A DNA stretch of 32,000 bases from contig NZ_CP080507.1 of NCBI RefSeq assembly GCF_019464535.1, positions 3,390,001 to 3,422,000 of the forward strand, in the 5' to 3' direction. This DNA comes from Horticoccus luteus (GTDB lineage: Bacteria > Verrucomicrobiota > Verrucomicrobiia > Opitutales > Opitutaceae). Positions within the stretch are counted from its first letter, which is position 1; each line of letters opens with the position of its first letter. The position numbers and the translations under genes are program-made. Positions 21,001 to 23,875 of this stretch are shown one piece after another. Below the pieces are notes generated by a model. It saw only the letters and a program-made list of their open reading frames with translations. It made no database searches and was not told the origin of the DNA.

Positions 21001-22012
21001 ACTGAGTGTAGGTCAGAGTAAACGTGCCCGACAGGTAGGCGAACTGCGAAACCTGCATTTCGCCGCTCACGGTAATGCTGGTCGGCACAAAGTAATCGGC
21101 GTTGAGCAGCTTGCTGAACGTATTCCGGTTCGCCGGTCCCGACAGAAACGCGGCCACCGCGCCGTCAGAAATATCGCGCACCACGAGCTTCACCCCGGTG
21201 CCGCTCTGGACGACTTGGAAATAGTGCGAGCCATCCGAGAATCCCGCGAGGCCGTCGGCATCCGCAAATTTGCCGGTGACGCCAGTTGCGGACAGAATGT
21301 CGAACGTATCGCCGGCCTGCGGCACATAGGCCGCGTCAACAGTGACCTCCAGTTTCCCGTTCAAGGTCGCCACGTTGCTGACGGAAATCTTCCCATAGTG
21401 CGTCGCATCTGTGATGCCGATGCTTACGGTATCGTCTGCGCCGAGCGCTAAGCTGCTCAAGGCGACTTCTCCGGTCGAACCATTCGCTTCAATCACCGAA
21501 CCTGCAGCGGGAGCGGCCGGATTCCGCTGCACCTGCGCTGACTCTAAGATATCGCTATTTGCGGGCGGCCCTTGGCTGCTATGGAGACTAGAGACTAAAA
21601 GAGACGCTGGAGAAACGACGTTTTCCGGCGCAGGCGATGCTTTCTCCGACACGGCGACCGTGGGCGCACTCACAGGAATCGGCCGTTGCGTTGGTTTTAC
21701 CGTCACCGTCGTGTGAGCTCGTCCGCGACCGACTTCCACCGCAGCCGGTGCGTCCGCTGCGTGACCTTCAGTGACAGGCGCCGATGGCAAAGCCGCTAGT
21801 GCAACGCCGTCAAAAAGGTCAGAGCCTTGGCTCGATTGCGCCGCATGACTGGTCAGCGCTGGCGCCAATTCAATCGCCCTATTGAGCGGGGTGAGCACGC
21901 GTTGCACGTTAGCCATCGGGGTCGCAGATAGCAAAACCCTGGCCTCAAGCGCCTCGATGAGGAACGCGGAAGCGGCGGGCTGACGTTCGAAGTTTGAACG
22001 GCGAGTGGGCAA
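1..22012 (-). CDS. Giant repeat-rich secreted or surface protein (adhesin-like). The 5' end is in the window and the 3' end lies beyond the left edge; at least 7,337 codons are visible.
   Basis: The reverse frame with codon first bases = 1 mod 3 has no stop from 22060 to base 2 (hand translation, end to end). It is bounded upstream by an in-frame TAA at 22061-22063. Every minus-strand ORF in the track between 1 and 22000 lies in one of the other two reverse frames. This ORF is absent from the track because it has no stop inside the window. Codons are GC3-rich and the protein sequence is coherent and modular. In-frame start candidates are TTG 22010-22012 (preferred), TTG 21932-21934 and ATG 21914-21916. 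Confidence 0.9.
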   Translation of the reverse strand, partial: MPTRRSNFERQPAASAFLIEALEARVLLSATPMANVQRVLTPLNRAIELAPALTSHAAQSSQGSDLFDGVALAALPSAPVTEGHAADAPAAVEVGRGRAHTTVTVKPTQRPIPVSAPTVAVSEKASPAPENVVSPASLLVSSLHSSQGPPANSDILESAQVQRNPAAPAAGSVIEANGSTGEVALSSLALGADDTVSIGITDATHYGKISVSNVATLNGKLEVTVDAAYVPQAGDTFDILSATGVTGKFADADGLAGFSDGSHYFQVVQSGTGVKLVVRDISDGAVAAFLSGPANRNTFSKLLNADYFVPTSITVSGEMQVSQFAYLSGTFTLTYTQFLSVNVDGSPKQVEAITVSAANVNLFVGTGGPYWQDSNHDGVIDGADTPDKGAVGLALSGVNVAFAWFTPTDQADTSTYVALKAHAGTAALVGFSDVELSTTGVDLAINTAHSAAATEATPAPVIDFTQMAGGGLAVAVGGETVTLDFSERTTSASITGGTLRIADFVYLSGSFAFTQGVTTTVTLTDGSTKNVETLQVGGANVHVFAGVGGPYWSDSDANGVIDGNDTPLAGPAVGLALGDVSFAVLAMRPVDTADTARYLALKVSAASAALVGVESMVTVTLRGVTVQANRAADPSTTDSVAAVNLSLYNSNAGFAVATGAGTIALDYAEALLQVSVADALIQVSSFIYVRGAIAFTKGQSVTETLAGGGTRDLDVLTIGAANVYVFAGLGGPYWVDSNNDGVVDTHDTPAADGAIGIAIGNLSVGLALLRESGAVADPVKYFAMKLTAGSASLVGLDDILKISATDISVGVNKASNASGAVTAGDFTAMGLADGALTVETGAAPIAIDFDHGFASVTIGDALIQVAGFVYLRGGFAFESGVPVVESLSDGGSRDLDVVTIGGSHLHLFAGTGGPYWTDSAGGHTTSGAAGLAIGDVTFGLALLKQTGVAQPVTYVALKISAAAAAFIGFEDVLTLTASNITVEVNVAKDPAGLVTAGDFSQMTGGGLSVPTGGSPVLIDFSDRLVRVVVGQAEIAVANFVFLSGSIAIESKPQAVTLADGTTVSTTVLTIGGHGITTFVGVNGPASNAGAVGFSLNDLTFGLALFTPDASETGGAGLAWTSLTATAASIGLVGIPDFAITASNIALSVNRVSGVSPSDDADSKVIDYHTDALSVLTGDGTTIDLTMAGNVGQLLELSGDILLRVSDFFEVSGSLAIREAATTVKLADDTEVDVRAMTIGGSGLSAFAGINGGTPGKLGLSLTGVDFALGIFTEKVANATDTASRWLALHATADSVGFVGVAGLTLSADSIEVEINTQLGLLDDASANVIDFSTDPIEVKTGSTTTMALEFAGADGDLLRATGNLKIDLFGFASLNGEMAIEKKATTVTLADADKTSVAVDMLTIGGHGLNAFVGINGGTPDAIGFEVTDLNFGLGLFTPTGAATSGDHRTWTTLGATAASITATGFENFGVTVAVTELELEINRASGTDASAVANTTVLDFSATPLDVLTGVGSTFAISTDGSRGQLTRASADVQLELFDFLYFRGRIGFEQTTPADELTLSDGTTATTESVLAITGSNVSAFVGYATGGVDADQSFSDQRSNLYGFGVEGVDFALLEVKAGGKNYTALKASAASVAVYGFDPSDFDLSFENVTVEVNQGGVKGAPTIDFATTFAADGGLSVRTGGNDAIFDYTGGERLGLFAETATLSISSFVYVRGSIGIEKATYEAGTLDNGNPIAGAGQGFAIGGSGVDLFVGYASGGVDRDQSFADQAANLYGFGVENVDFGMVKVTAGGQTYTAVSAHADTVKLYGIDPEIFQLSASDVNIEVNNSSVPGKALDFIKSFGADGLTVRTGGTPVSLTYDNTERLGVFAGSALLSIYRFVYFSGSLGFEKFTVAANTLDNGLPITSAGQGFTIGGSNISAFVGYASQPINPALSFADQADHLYGFGVEGVDFAVVQIQAAGATYTAVRAHADTVALYGIDAEYFQLSATDVNIEVNRSTVPTKALDFKTSFGTDGLTVRTGGDDVIIDYDAGERLGVFVGEALLTVYRFVYFRGSLGFEKFTTAAGTLDNGLPIAGSGQGFTIGGSNIDVFVGYATTAIDSAKTFDEQKDNLYGFGVEGVSFGMVQIEAGGQTYTAVKAHADTMKIYGIDPEIFQISASDVNLEVNQSTVVGKALDFGASFGTDGLTVRTGGDDIVLDYGAGERLGVFVGEALLTVYRFVYFRGSLGFEKFTTAAGTLDNGLPIAGSGQGFTIGGSNIDVFVGYATTTIDSAKTFDEQKDNLYGFGVEGVSFGMVQIQAGGQTYTAVKAHADTMKIYGIDPEIFQISASDVNLEVNQSTVAGKGLDFGASFGTAGLTVRTGGDDVVINYDAGERLGIFTGEALLTIYRFVYFRGSLGFEKFAVSANSLNNGLPIIGSGSGFTIGGSNISAFVGYATTAIDSTKSFEEQKDNLYGFGVEGVSFAVVQIKAGGQTYTAVKAHADTMKIYGIDDEIMQISATDVDVEVNQSTLQGKALDFTKSFADGGLTVRTGGDDVTLDYTSGERLGIFAGEAVLTVYRFFYFRGGIGFEKASYGATALKSSLSLPLGAADGFSVGGSDISAFVGYIDGQIDPAKTFAQQADTLYGFGVEGVSFGLTQIKAGGFTYTAMKLSAASVALYGFDPDVFQLSAGNITAQLNQSNNPLGAVINFATSFPNSVGPPGLEIRTGGASVVLDFTTAVIGGSVEDATLNVAGFVYLKADVAFSQGEKANVDIVGGTLGTLHDVPVNTLTLVIENAEAFVGVDGPYRNADGTVNDAAVGFVIDDLNLALVVMKTVVGNQTYVAMKATATQIGFVGFGADLFDLTIQDITVEVNTGPLGTAVNFATSFPANGTDPAGLQLTIGANTVVIDYTNSRILAQTTYARLTLSQFVSVQGAFAFEKQTISLVDFHAGPIVVQAAAEVLTISASHVYAFAGIGGPYWTDNIGGHVASGALGLAIGDLSFALAIVTPSLGGVVNITNMQFYAFTAHVGSAALVGVANIPGLGSFDISDWLSLSAFDISFSLNVGKLPGFYVDFSSFGGLSFSLPGLNLDIDFNTNLLSLDIGLGNLGLLGLFTISGSFSFSFSLDLGGLPRLSLAGLGDLLGDLPDSLDFLKGAFDFLKNLNLSIGFDPDFGFSLTGLLEIPDLTLNLGGFVHLQGDFAFNFGDRHEVDVATGFPGNLTDLAGDSLSALLDQIIKLPAFLKPDFSSDLATLHNVAVSAITIGASNVSVFIGYGTPDFSKDFADQDLIGFGMRDVDVGLGIFNAESVLGIDVPRMYALKITAAEVGTYGFGDWFTVRAEDITVEVNYGDEWSFAKGTGWAPVINFQSSFPANDTDPLGLKVETGGDPVYLAFDGQQRIGLTVGYAEIRLASFVEVYGGFSFLKGPAYRTTINTGVSSDIADSLGLPTEFDNIEMSTITLGASHVRAFVGIGGPYWTDSDGDHRITEFDSKSDSAIGFAIDDFNFALAILEPTIVPAQLAKYTPKFYALRATASSVAFVGGGDIFKFELKDVDVEVNGSSITSPISPFIDFKASFPAEAAGVDSDGDGLIGEPAGLQVGTGGDPIYLDFDSRILKLATSMATLQVAGFIYLRGSFAFVKGPTQTVTVNDGFGHSFTQEVEFMTIGASQVYGFVGLNGPYKSDTNNDGVIDSNDTVNSDAIGLSLENLNLGIAIMTPTVIPNGASPVKYMAIKATTDRVQLVGVGDVITLDGRDLVLEFNDINVPGLTVAAMLLPTPSIDFKATYETAPGARDGVYHLDTGDPLHPVDLDFGTELIRLKIGYAEIQIAGIIQISGSMEFSLGPTQDVTLSDGSHKTVRTMTLGMNDVYGFVGFNGPYFSDTDGSGKIDENDTTNGSAVGIALSNLDAGFMFMQSVDVTDPSFYFAGKLSVGFIGLVGISGLTAEATDFKVEVNLGGSISSGLAVVDFQHSFAGGSFAVPTGNDAEPVVLDFDNLRIAASGHLKVDIFGVLSVEGIFDFELTNEKMVMFIDATASINIAGTQLFSAHALGLMAITSAGVGMKLELDANFTLASVLDFDASFGFYLNTTGEAFVYTVPDSLKAHVSYTTVTITAGAPQIDGSEGPAGAYLVLRGSGDLTVAGFIKLHGDFYIGIQFEAFQLELQVNATAELFIGTLTASGYLKINDQGVVGSLQLAGQVDLGGVIKVTGTFQMEINSTDTAQSIQTLNIADDGSLIGNGLKAGTIAAHTYRIMVGAKLTLIDLIEFKGRLELIFSDEGLEANLDMQLDIGIGILAVQGAAAFLNTESEGVVFALSISTTASLALGPIGIDATALIEMNTGTSTHAGVTGNTYRIGIDGTMKLIAFTVAVQGSISVVDNVFELRIDHANLNFFNFITVGISGYIRSDGHFKINGTVSVSLDLGPLEFNAGMSLTFSDSGFEGHFWGSLDLSINMGLFKIHATLAGVDATIKLTEANASMNLRVTIVGISFSVGMSWSWGAPPIIATQVGDTLYLNMGPRGIYRDQPGKDLYADIKNESYLIKPNGDGGLSVSSLGVTSVYYGINTIIADGGDGNDSIQVAAGVTAKLVFDGGDGNDVFLIAGGASSSTIHGGAGKDQLVGGGVSGIHYYGDDGDDSFIGGSGDVVIDMGSGTNVISTGSGNDTLYLDGSSDTVSLGGGNNTIHVNLSGYAYIGGGAGFDRVIIDPLTSTEALNFNNHEFLYQNRTLDFDDNVDRVEITDSAATTTFKSAPNASWGATDLFIDAAGVLNVQNIIFKAPTALLSIHTAGGIDGTLNTQLAELSVVNNAPAGLLANLTVREADDLNIVDDNSTNGGLYTAAGAIDVQLAGREALLTLASGVLSTANGGGNIRLTADDMDFVSGDDKVSGLGSLTIRSTSPLQNYHIGGSAQSTYGRDYSTAGATGYLDLGMTDLSALQDGFSGIAIGHQASNVMMYVGDVEDETIGYFNFKARFTDAAVLVADHIVVQGDVQSTTDLTFVGGYMEVLRNNVRDPLGAPDSGVTAPRTHINITEQLVVSGWLRGGDLLEVTVNGTTGVNQIVGYGDEPNSITADRGSIFGSLNDGSRVIVTTSASIVSATAIFATGDDASVEMTAGTSLTIDEGAFVSVYGNRSTITLRSSTYLHLNPGGAISAGVQYTFNGDTPVPHLVGRDTTLTIAAGGELELAGSVSAGGAMTISAGATVHSFADYFDYLSGPTLVTVAYTQAIIDALNSGTISADLRAALATKHLTLGNDATAVSVDNFLPFSSLSSDQKAAVATMLGYTVYTDGAYYNATTGVFATVLVEGDLPAYQNSAINWGAAGAPAANATFASLTSAQKQAVATSLGYTTLNGPVFYNASAPVGRQVLTTFSQGESSDYSNAQIDWSTSGVVAPDASATFDDLTAAQRLVVIESLGYDLYKGAPLYYNANAAPGAEISATAADGYAPFAGVVYTNPNAAGSARYRLGFVEGVDYHNASVNWSHVVAPASNTAFADLSLVQKLVVARTLGYGTDDGYAFFNYNAVPGLKLVYDFSQGPVNDYRNADIYWGAAGAPAADAGFASLSLAQKTIVAAALGYTTYNSTVYFNAAASLGLALVAGFTQGQAPNFSYNQIDWGGVAAPADGTTFENLTPAQRLVVVQSLGYDVFGRPVYYNPSKAAGDQIREILVEGDDYHNADITWGTVDKPDDGAKFESLTTDQQAVVLAQTGYRLFKGVVYHNVVAAPADQFRLTFAAGTDYQNSEISWSDVDVPATGTAFDDLTADQQYRVLAQSGYTHYEGDVYYNAAASAGKQVVTTFVQGIDYTNDSLATAGTPAAGVNRWIVQDSDGHKYVIDARDYQNDGVFDEILIEAPHPLLGQRGYGFLLAGTLTTMQDNTDIVISGTEDAIIRGNINLLGANSDLVVQSDRWVYWEGQANVTGDITVLGGVSLDGTNLKQANADGVSVYVSATTTLNTTTPGTSVQIAGGQDVILEGAVVAGGKLGPTGVTFEGPDSTIFVNAGQRIYVDTVLAAAKSVTLTTTDQPSLDDAGLSVVLTTASGLSAAGYTSDNSGGSVTINAVGNVQVASTILSGGNKTQSFDTDGHLLSETTTWSDENSSVAISTSGQVYLGAMTRSLNGEDVEIGGTIRATQSITIIGGGNSDDIGVKMPGGARLATNNPDSTITIRSGQDAEINGLLIAGGEIVDHYDAAGDYLGSTTRNFSGASSITIEAGHQVRLGRDLTAGHLIDVRGGNDPGVPTPDNLWQGQGIVLGGNVHLATWQQNAIINLSAAGDMSVLAPAWVQELIAADFAQYVDGHLTSDVSFRLTMDLGTNTISGVVTLLKSATADNTGLGDLVADLQTAIEATDFKVLISPSGTPVIGSTAHVDSSQIKVRLDDGRLMLTGGSAMSVDAVTDGAANLLGFTQLSEGQASSNRPYVIDAGQLGSVANLGRPNAPNGKIYIAGWIRGYNAVNLYSGFAPDGGQNLEVSSSGVIETLSGNIVLNPGGQGVITGTFIARGHNADIIIAAKNTIEIKGVLTADRDIIITAGTTEKSGEVSVQTDPSAVFTSTGTAGRILITGQNDVVINNTVGRDNPNVSLIEITSTTGKLSVAAQAGRIETGAQLNFKGRQLDIDGHIISTRTTPATDDYEITFTATGSIALHGDFSFAGSVSVTSGGDVAAYDTRLLVRGAGERLTIISGGNVALGNVDPVAGTSTPMGATLEGNSAVAITAAGALQIGADASILSSGAASQIRLEAQSIVIVGRVIAGSDFDSDTTDVSWTGAGSNLYITSTQSVILGGNGLDANFAVVPAGGYLAASGAIQIQSGMDANGIGFAVLDLSSILLDRSGQGQWTDANTITGGSIDVRTTGDIQISGVVQAANIGSDLTLFSNSLVLIDNLVSAYDQVSITGGTDGTHLSIYINEFTFDANGDRLTGGTVDTAAGGSITLTGVDTILVKGVLGQLVDPSNPASAAKVSSLTINSTGGDVIITSTIDIRDHVAIEGGSINLVAGSHVYATASGADNYFHGRQSILLNGKVDLTHPESIIIGDTLVHLAADVIYVKGIVKVTATTGRMLINANSLLYVDGLVNSAGTLDMNAGVNTLQTRAQLEGTIATSDLHGGTIQVNGQGTVTAGGALKMRAGGDVILTADASVTGERTVLVPVYDTTTQSVTKVTGSTKVAIGEIVVPKSHLEYTTITEEIGTTQVKVGSEYQTMDISLEQIGYYNPNAPDGSKYKAILIEGVDYFNSQINWSNAGDEDHLGRTATSVTSDYKSDSYLDFTGLNDAQRQAVLNSTGYMRLYSFSYSNPVNHKTLSGVASTAPYTPSWASNSLVVYYLPLKGLKDKYILMPSGAQKDIANVVTSAPAQYLTGDTTADGRNDG
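210..490 (-). repeat. Further partial copies of the same ~65-aa repeat near the C-terminal end of the visible protein
   Basis: Translation reads ...LEQIGYYNPNAPDGSKYKAILIEGVDYFNSQINWSNAG... and ...YLDFTGLNDAQRQAVLNSTGYMRLYSFSYSNP.... It shows the same Q-[KR]-x-x-V-x-x-x-x-G-Y, Y-x-N and G-x-D-Y-x-N-x-x-I-x-W elements. Confidence 0.5.
4661..6287 (-). repeat. Eight tandem copies of an unrecognised ~65-aa repeat (one copy expanded to ~93 aa)
   Basis: Consensus read by eye: F-x-[DS]-L-[ST]-x-x-Q-[KRQ]-x-x-V-x-x-x-L-G-Y-x(4-6)-[YF]-[YF]-N-x(8-12)-F-x-x-G-x-D-Y-x-N-[AS]-x-I-x-W-x(4-6)-P-A. The (L/S/T)GY codons fall near 6233, 6041, 5834, 5556, 5353, 5153, 4958 and 4763, giving spacings of 192-207 bp and one of 278 bp. 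Confidence 0.75.
7973..8371 (-). repeat. RTX-type (hemolysin-type) Ca-binding nonapeptide region, a probable beta-roll
   Basis: Translation reads ADGGDGNDSIQV..FDGGDGNDVFLIAGG..HGGAGKDQLVGGG..YGDDGDDSFI. Five back-to-back 9-mers follow: GGSGDVVID / MGSGTNVIS / TGSGNDTLY / LDGSSDTVS / LGGGNNTIH. Then comes ..IGGGAGFDRVII. Confidence 0.7.
13802..17392 (-). repeat. Seven-unit tandem DNA array with a period of 510 bp (outer units 516-525 bp), encoding seven consecutive modules
   Basis: The N-terminal Phe codon of each unit sits at 17392, 16876, 16366, 15856, 15346, 14836 and 14326; the next, different module starts at 13801. The string ggtgctttggttgacctcgagattcacatcgctcgccgaaatctgga occurs at 14984 and again at 15494, with diverged versions at 13964, 14474, 16004 and 16514. 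The track's shadow ORFs 15079..15345 and 15589..15855 are near-identical and lie 510 bp apart. Confidence 0.9.
20318..20353 (-). other. Canonical 12-residue EF-hand-like (dockerin-like) Ca-binding loop DSDANGVIDGND, one of six such loops in the modules
   Basis: The loops follow a conserved G-G-P-Y-W. DSNHDGVIDGAD at 20861-20896. DSDANGVIDGND at 20318-20353. DSNNDGVVDTHD at 19772-19807. DSDGDHRITEFD at 11594-11629. DTNNDGVIDSND at 10982-11017. DTDGSGKIDEND at 10391-10426. Acidic or amide residues occupy positions 1, 3, 5, 9 and 12, Gly position 6, and an aliphatic residue position 8. Confidence 0.6.
21923..21961 (-). other. N-terminal LEPR-XLL-like signature, L-I-E-A-L-E-A-R-V-L-L-S-A
   Basis: Translating upstream of the first ATG gives (TTG)M-PTRRSNFERQPAASAFLIEALEARVLLSATP-M(ATG 21916). 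The arrangement is an Arg-rich stretch, then F-E, then L-E-x-R-x-L-L-S-A. This matches the N-terminal signature seen on very large Planctomycetota/Verrucomicrobiota proteins annotated as LEPR-XLL domain proteins. Confidence 0.6.
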
Positions 22013-22321
22013 GGACGAGGGCCGACCCTGAAGATTCGGCTGCGCGTCGCAATCCCCTTTTTACACCATTAGAGACATAAATCCGACAGCCATGACAGGA
22101 TTTAGTCTTCTATCCGCCTACGCCTAAACCCCGACAGGCCGTTTCGGCAAACCCTGACTTTGGGGCGTGGAATTGGCATTCCGCTGCAGCGCCCACTCCC
22201 TCGCCGGGAAAGATCGCGTGGGGCGGGCAACTCGAAACGCGATTCCGTCTCTGCGCCTCGTCCTACCGAACCACGGCGTCAGCGCCGCACTTCGCGGTCT
22301 GGAGCATTTTTCGGATCTGTC
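22013..22321 (-). promoter_or_regulatory. Intergenic leader upstream of the giant gene; presumed promoter region
   Basis: This is 309 bp of non-coding DNA between the stop of the hybrid kinase (22322) and the proposed TTG start. It contains the most AT-rich stretch of the neighbourhood (about 22055-22130). I could not identify a convincing -35/-10 pair or Shine-Dalgarno sequence. Confidence 0.3.
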
Positions 22322-23875
22322 TTATTTCCCAACCAAGTTTGCCGACGCGCCGCCGGCCAATGTCTCACTGATCGCCGTTAACAGCGCTTCAGCGGTAAAA
22401 GGCTTCGGAAGAAACGGCCCGTCGAAATGGAAATTCCCCAAACGCGAGCCGGCGTCCGGCAGGCCGCTGATTGCCAAAATTTTCGTGGCCGGACTCAACC
22501 GTTGCACGATTTGAGCCAAGGCGCACCCGTCGAGCTGGGGCATACCCAAATCGGTCACCACCAGTTTAACCTCCAAGCTGCGCGGAGCGAACAACGCCAC
22601 GGCCTCCGTGCCGTTGGCCGCGGCCAAGACCCGGTAGCCATGCCGCGTGAGCATCGCCGCCGTCACATCGCGCACGTTATCGTCGTCGTCCACCACGATG
22701 ATAAGCTCGTTCTGCCCGCGCGGCGCGGCGACCGACGTATCGCTTTGCTCTGTCAGTTCGCTGCCAGGCAAAGCCGGGAAATATACGCGAAACGTCGTGC
22801 CGCGACCCGGCTGGCTCTCCACCGTGACGATGCCGCCGTAGCTCTCCACAATCCCTCGCACGGTTGGCAGGCCCAAGCCGGTGCCGCGCCCTTCGGGCTT
22901 CGTGGTAAAAAACGGTTCCCATATCCGGCCGACCAGTTCCGGTGGGATGCCGGTGCCACTGTCAACCACCTCAAACACCAGATACGCGCCCATGCGGGTT
23001 CCGCGAATCGCGGCCGCGCTCATCTCATCCAGACGCTTATTCTGGGCGCGCACAACGAGCGTCCCGCCAGCGGGCATCGCATCGCGCGCGTTCACGCACA
23101 AATTAAGCAGCACTTGATGAAGCTGAGTGGGATTAATCTTCAGCGGCCAAAGATCGTTATCCGTCTGGTCTTCGATCCGGATGGCACTCGGGAAAGTCTG
23201 GCGCATCACGGCCAGCAGATCGCGTAAGAGGTGTCGCGGCTGCACCAAGTGCGGCTCTCCGGTCACCCCTTGAGCAAAACCGATGATTTGGCGCACCAAT
23301 CCAGCGCCACGCTCCACGCTGCGTTCGACATTCGCCAAGATCATTTCCTGCGTGGCATCGTGCACTTTTCCGCGCAGCAGCGGCACCGCGATCAGGATGG
23401 GTGCCAGGACGTTGTTAAAGTCGTGCGCAATACCCGCCGCCAGCATCCCGATATTTTCCAACCGCTGCACCCGTAACAATTGCTCTTCCGCCGCTCGCCG
23501 TTCCCGCACCTGCTTGGCGTTCTCGAGCGCCCGCCGGAGCGCGACGATCAACCGCTTAGGCCGATCTTTCAGCACGTAGTCCGTGGCCCCGTTGCGCATC
23601 GCCTCCACTGCCCGATCTTCGCCGATGGTGCCCGAAAAGAAGAGAAACGGCATGTCGGGGCACAAATTATGCGCCATCTCCAACGCCTCCAACCCGTTGA
23701 ACTGCACCAGATTGAAGTCCGACAAAACGGCGTCATAGCCGCCTGCCTCAAGCTCTGTTTCAAAGGCGTCGCGCGTATCCACCACCTGCACCGCACATTC
23801 GGGCCATTCGGTTCGTAATTGTTCCTGCGTCAATTCCGCGTCGCAGGCATCGTCCTCTAAATAAAGCAATCTCAT
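22322..23875 (-). CDS. Soluble hybrid histidine kinase, REC-HisKA-HATPase-REC
   Basis: Track ORF 22322..23932. The N-terminal receiver begins MRLLYLEDD, with acceptor context VLSDFNL and later YVLKD. H-box: GMLAAGIAHDFNNVL. N-box: LLNLCVNARDAM. G-boxes: DSGTGIP and GRGTGLGL. The C-terminal receiver reads IIVVDDDDNVR...VVTDLGMP...LAISG...LPKPF. No TM segment or other sensor domain is present. The track start at 23932 is a TTG. The ATG at 23873-23875 sits directly in front of the receiver fold, so I prefer it. Confidence 0.85.
   Translation of the reverse strand: MRLLYLEDDACDAELTQEQLRTEWPECAVQVVDTRDAFETELEAGGYDAVLSDFNLVQFNGLEALEMAHNLCPDMPFLFFSGTIGEDRAVEAMRNGATDYVLKDRPKRLIVALRRALENAKQVRERRAAEEQLLRVQRLENIGMLAAGIAHDFNNVLAPILIAVPLLRGKVHDATQEMILANVERSVERGAGLVRQIIGFAQGVTGEPHLVQPRHLLRDLLAVMRQTFPSAIRIEDQTDNDLWPLKINPTQLHQVLLNLCVNARDAMPAGGTLVVRAQNKRLDEMSAAAIRGTRMGAYLVFEVVDSGTGIPPELVGRIWEPFFTTKPEGRGTGLGLPTVRGIVESYGGIVTVESQPGRGTTFRVYFPALPGSELTEQSDTSVAAPRGQNELIIVVDDDDNVRDVTAAMLTRHGYRVLAAANGTEAVALFAPRSLEVKLVVTDLGMPQLDGCALAQIVQRLSPATKILAISGLPDAGSRLGNFHFDGPFLPKPFTAEALLTAISETLAGGASANLVGK

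Larger units (their letters stand above)
10040..21043 (-). repeat. About 20 tandem copies of a divergent 170-200-aa protein module within the giant CDS
   Basis: Each module opens with F-[VIA]-Y-[LFV]-[RS]-G-[SGT]-[FLI]-[AG]-F-[ET]. It continues with ..L.DG......[LM]TIGG[SA]....F[AV]G, then Y.A[LM]K..A.S...[VY]G, then [DN][IV].VE[VI]N, then DF...F...GL.V.TG. Examples: FAYLSGTFTL (starts 21043), FVYLSGSFAFT, FIYVRGAIAFT, FVYLRGGFAFE, FVFLSGSIAIE, FVYFRGSLGFE, FIYLRGSFAFV. The last module ends with ...GHLKVDIFG at 10040. Confidence 0.8.

Noticed and set aside
44-21716. Numerous long plus-strand ORFs in the track (for example 11960..15130 at 1,056 aa, 4082..5398, 1766..2890, 18920..20074, 20387..21451, 8552..9535, 7721..8485), plus the short minus-strand ORFs in the other two reverse frames
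   Set aside because: All overlap the single uninterrupted reverse-strand frame. Their translations are Arg/Asp/Glu/Gly/His-rich, lack recognisable motifs and simply mirror the repeat structure of the opposite strand. For example, the near-duplicate pair 15079..15345 and 15589..15855 lies in an alternative reverse frame. Long open shadow frames are expected in GC-rich coding DNA.
21914-21916. The first ATG as the start of the giant gene
   Set aside because: It would remove the conserved LEALEARVLLSA N-terminal signature encoded immediately upstream in the same open frame. The in-frame TTG at 22010-22012 is preferred, although this is not proven.
22064-22093. A 10-codon mini-ORF (MAVGFMSLMV) on the minus strand just upstream of the giant gene, ending at the TAA that bounds the giant frame
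   Set aside because: It is too short to support from sequence alone, has no evident ribosome-binding site, and I cannot assess its conservation. It is noted only as a possible leader peptide.
22174-22188. Sigma-54-like TGGCA...TGCA element on the plus strand
   Set aside because: The GG-to-GC spacing is 9 nt rather than the required 10. It also points into the 3' end of the reverse-strand kinase gene, where there is no plus-strand gene to drive.
22160-22514. Plus-strand ORFs 22160..22381 and 22167..22514 in and beside the intergenic leader
   Set aside because: They have no recognisable motifs and an Arg/Ser/Pro-rich composition. They run into the antisense of the hybrid kinase gene. They are best explained as chance open frames in GC-rich DNA.
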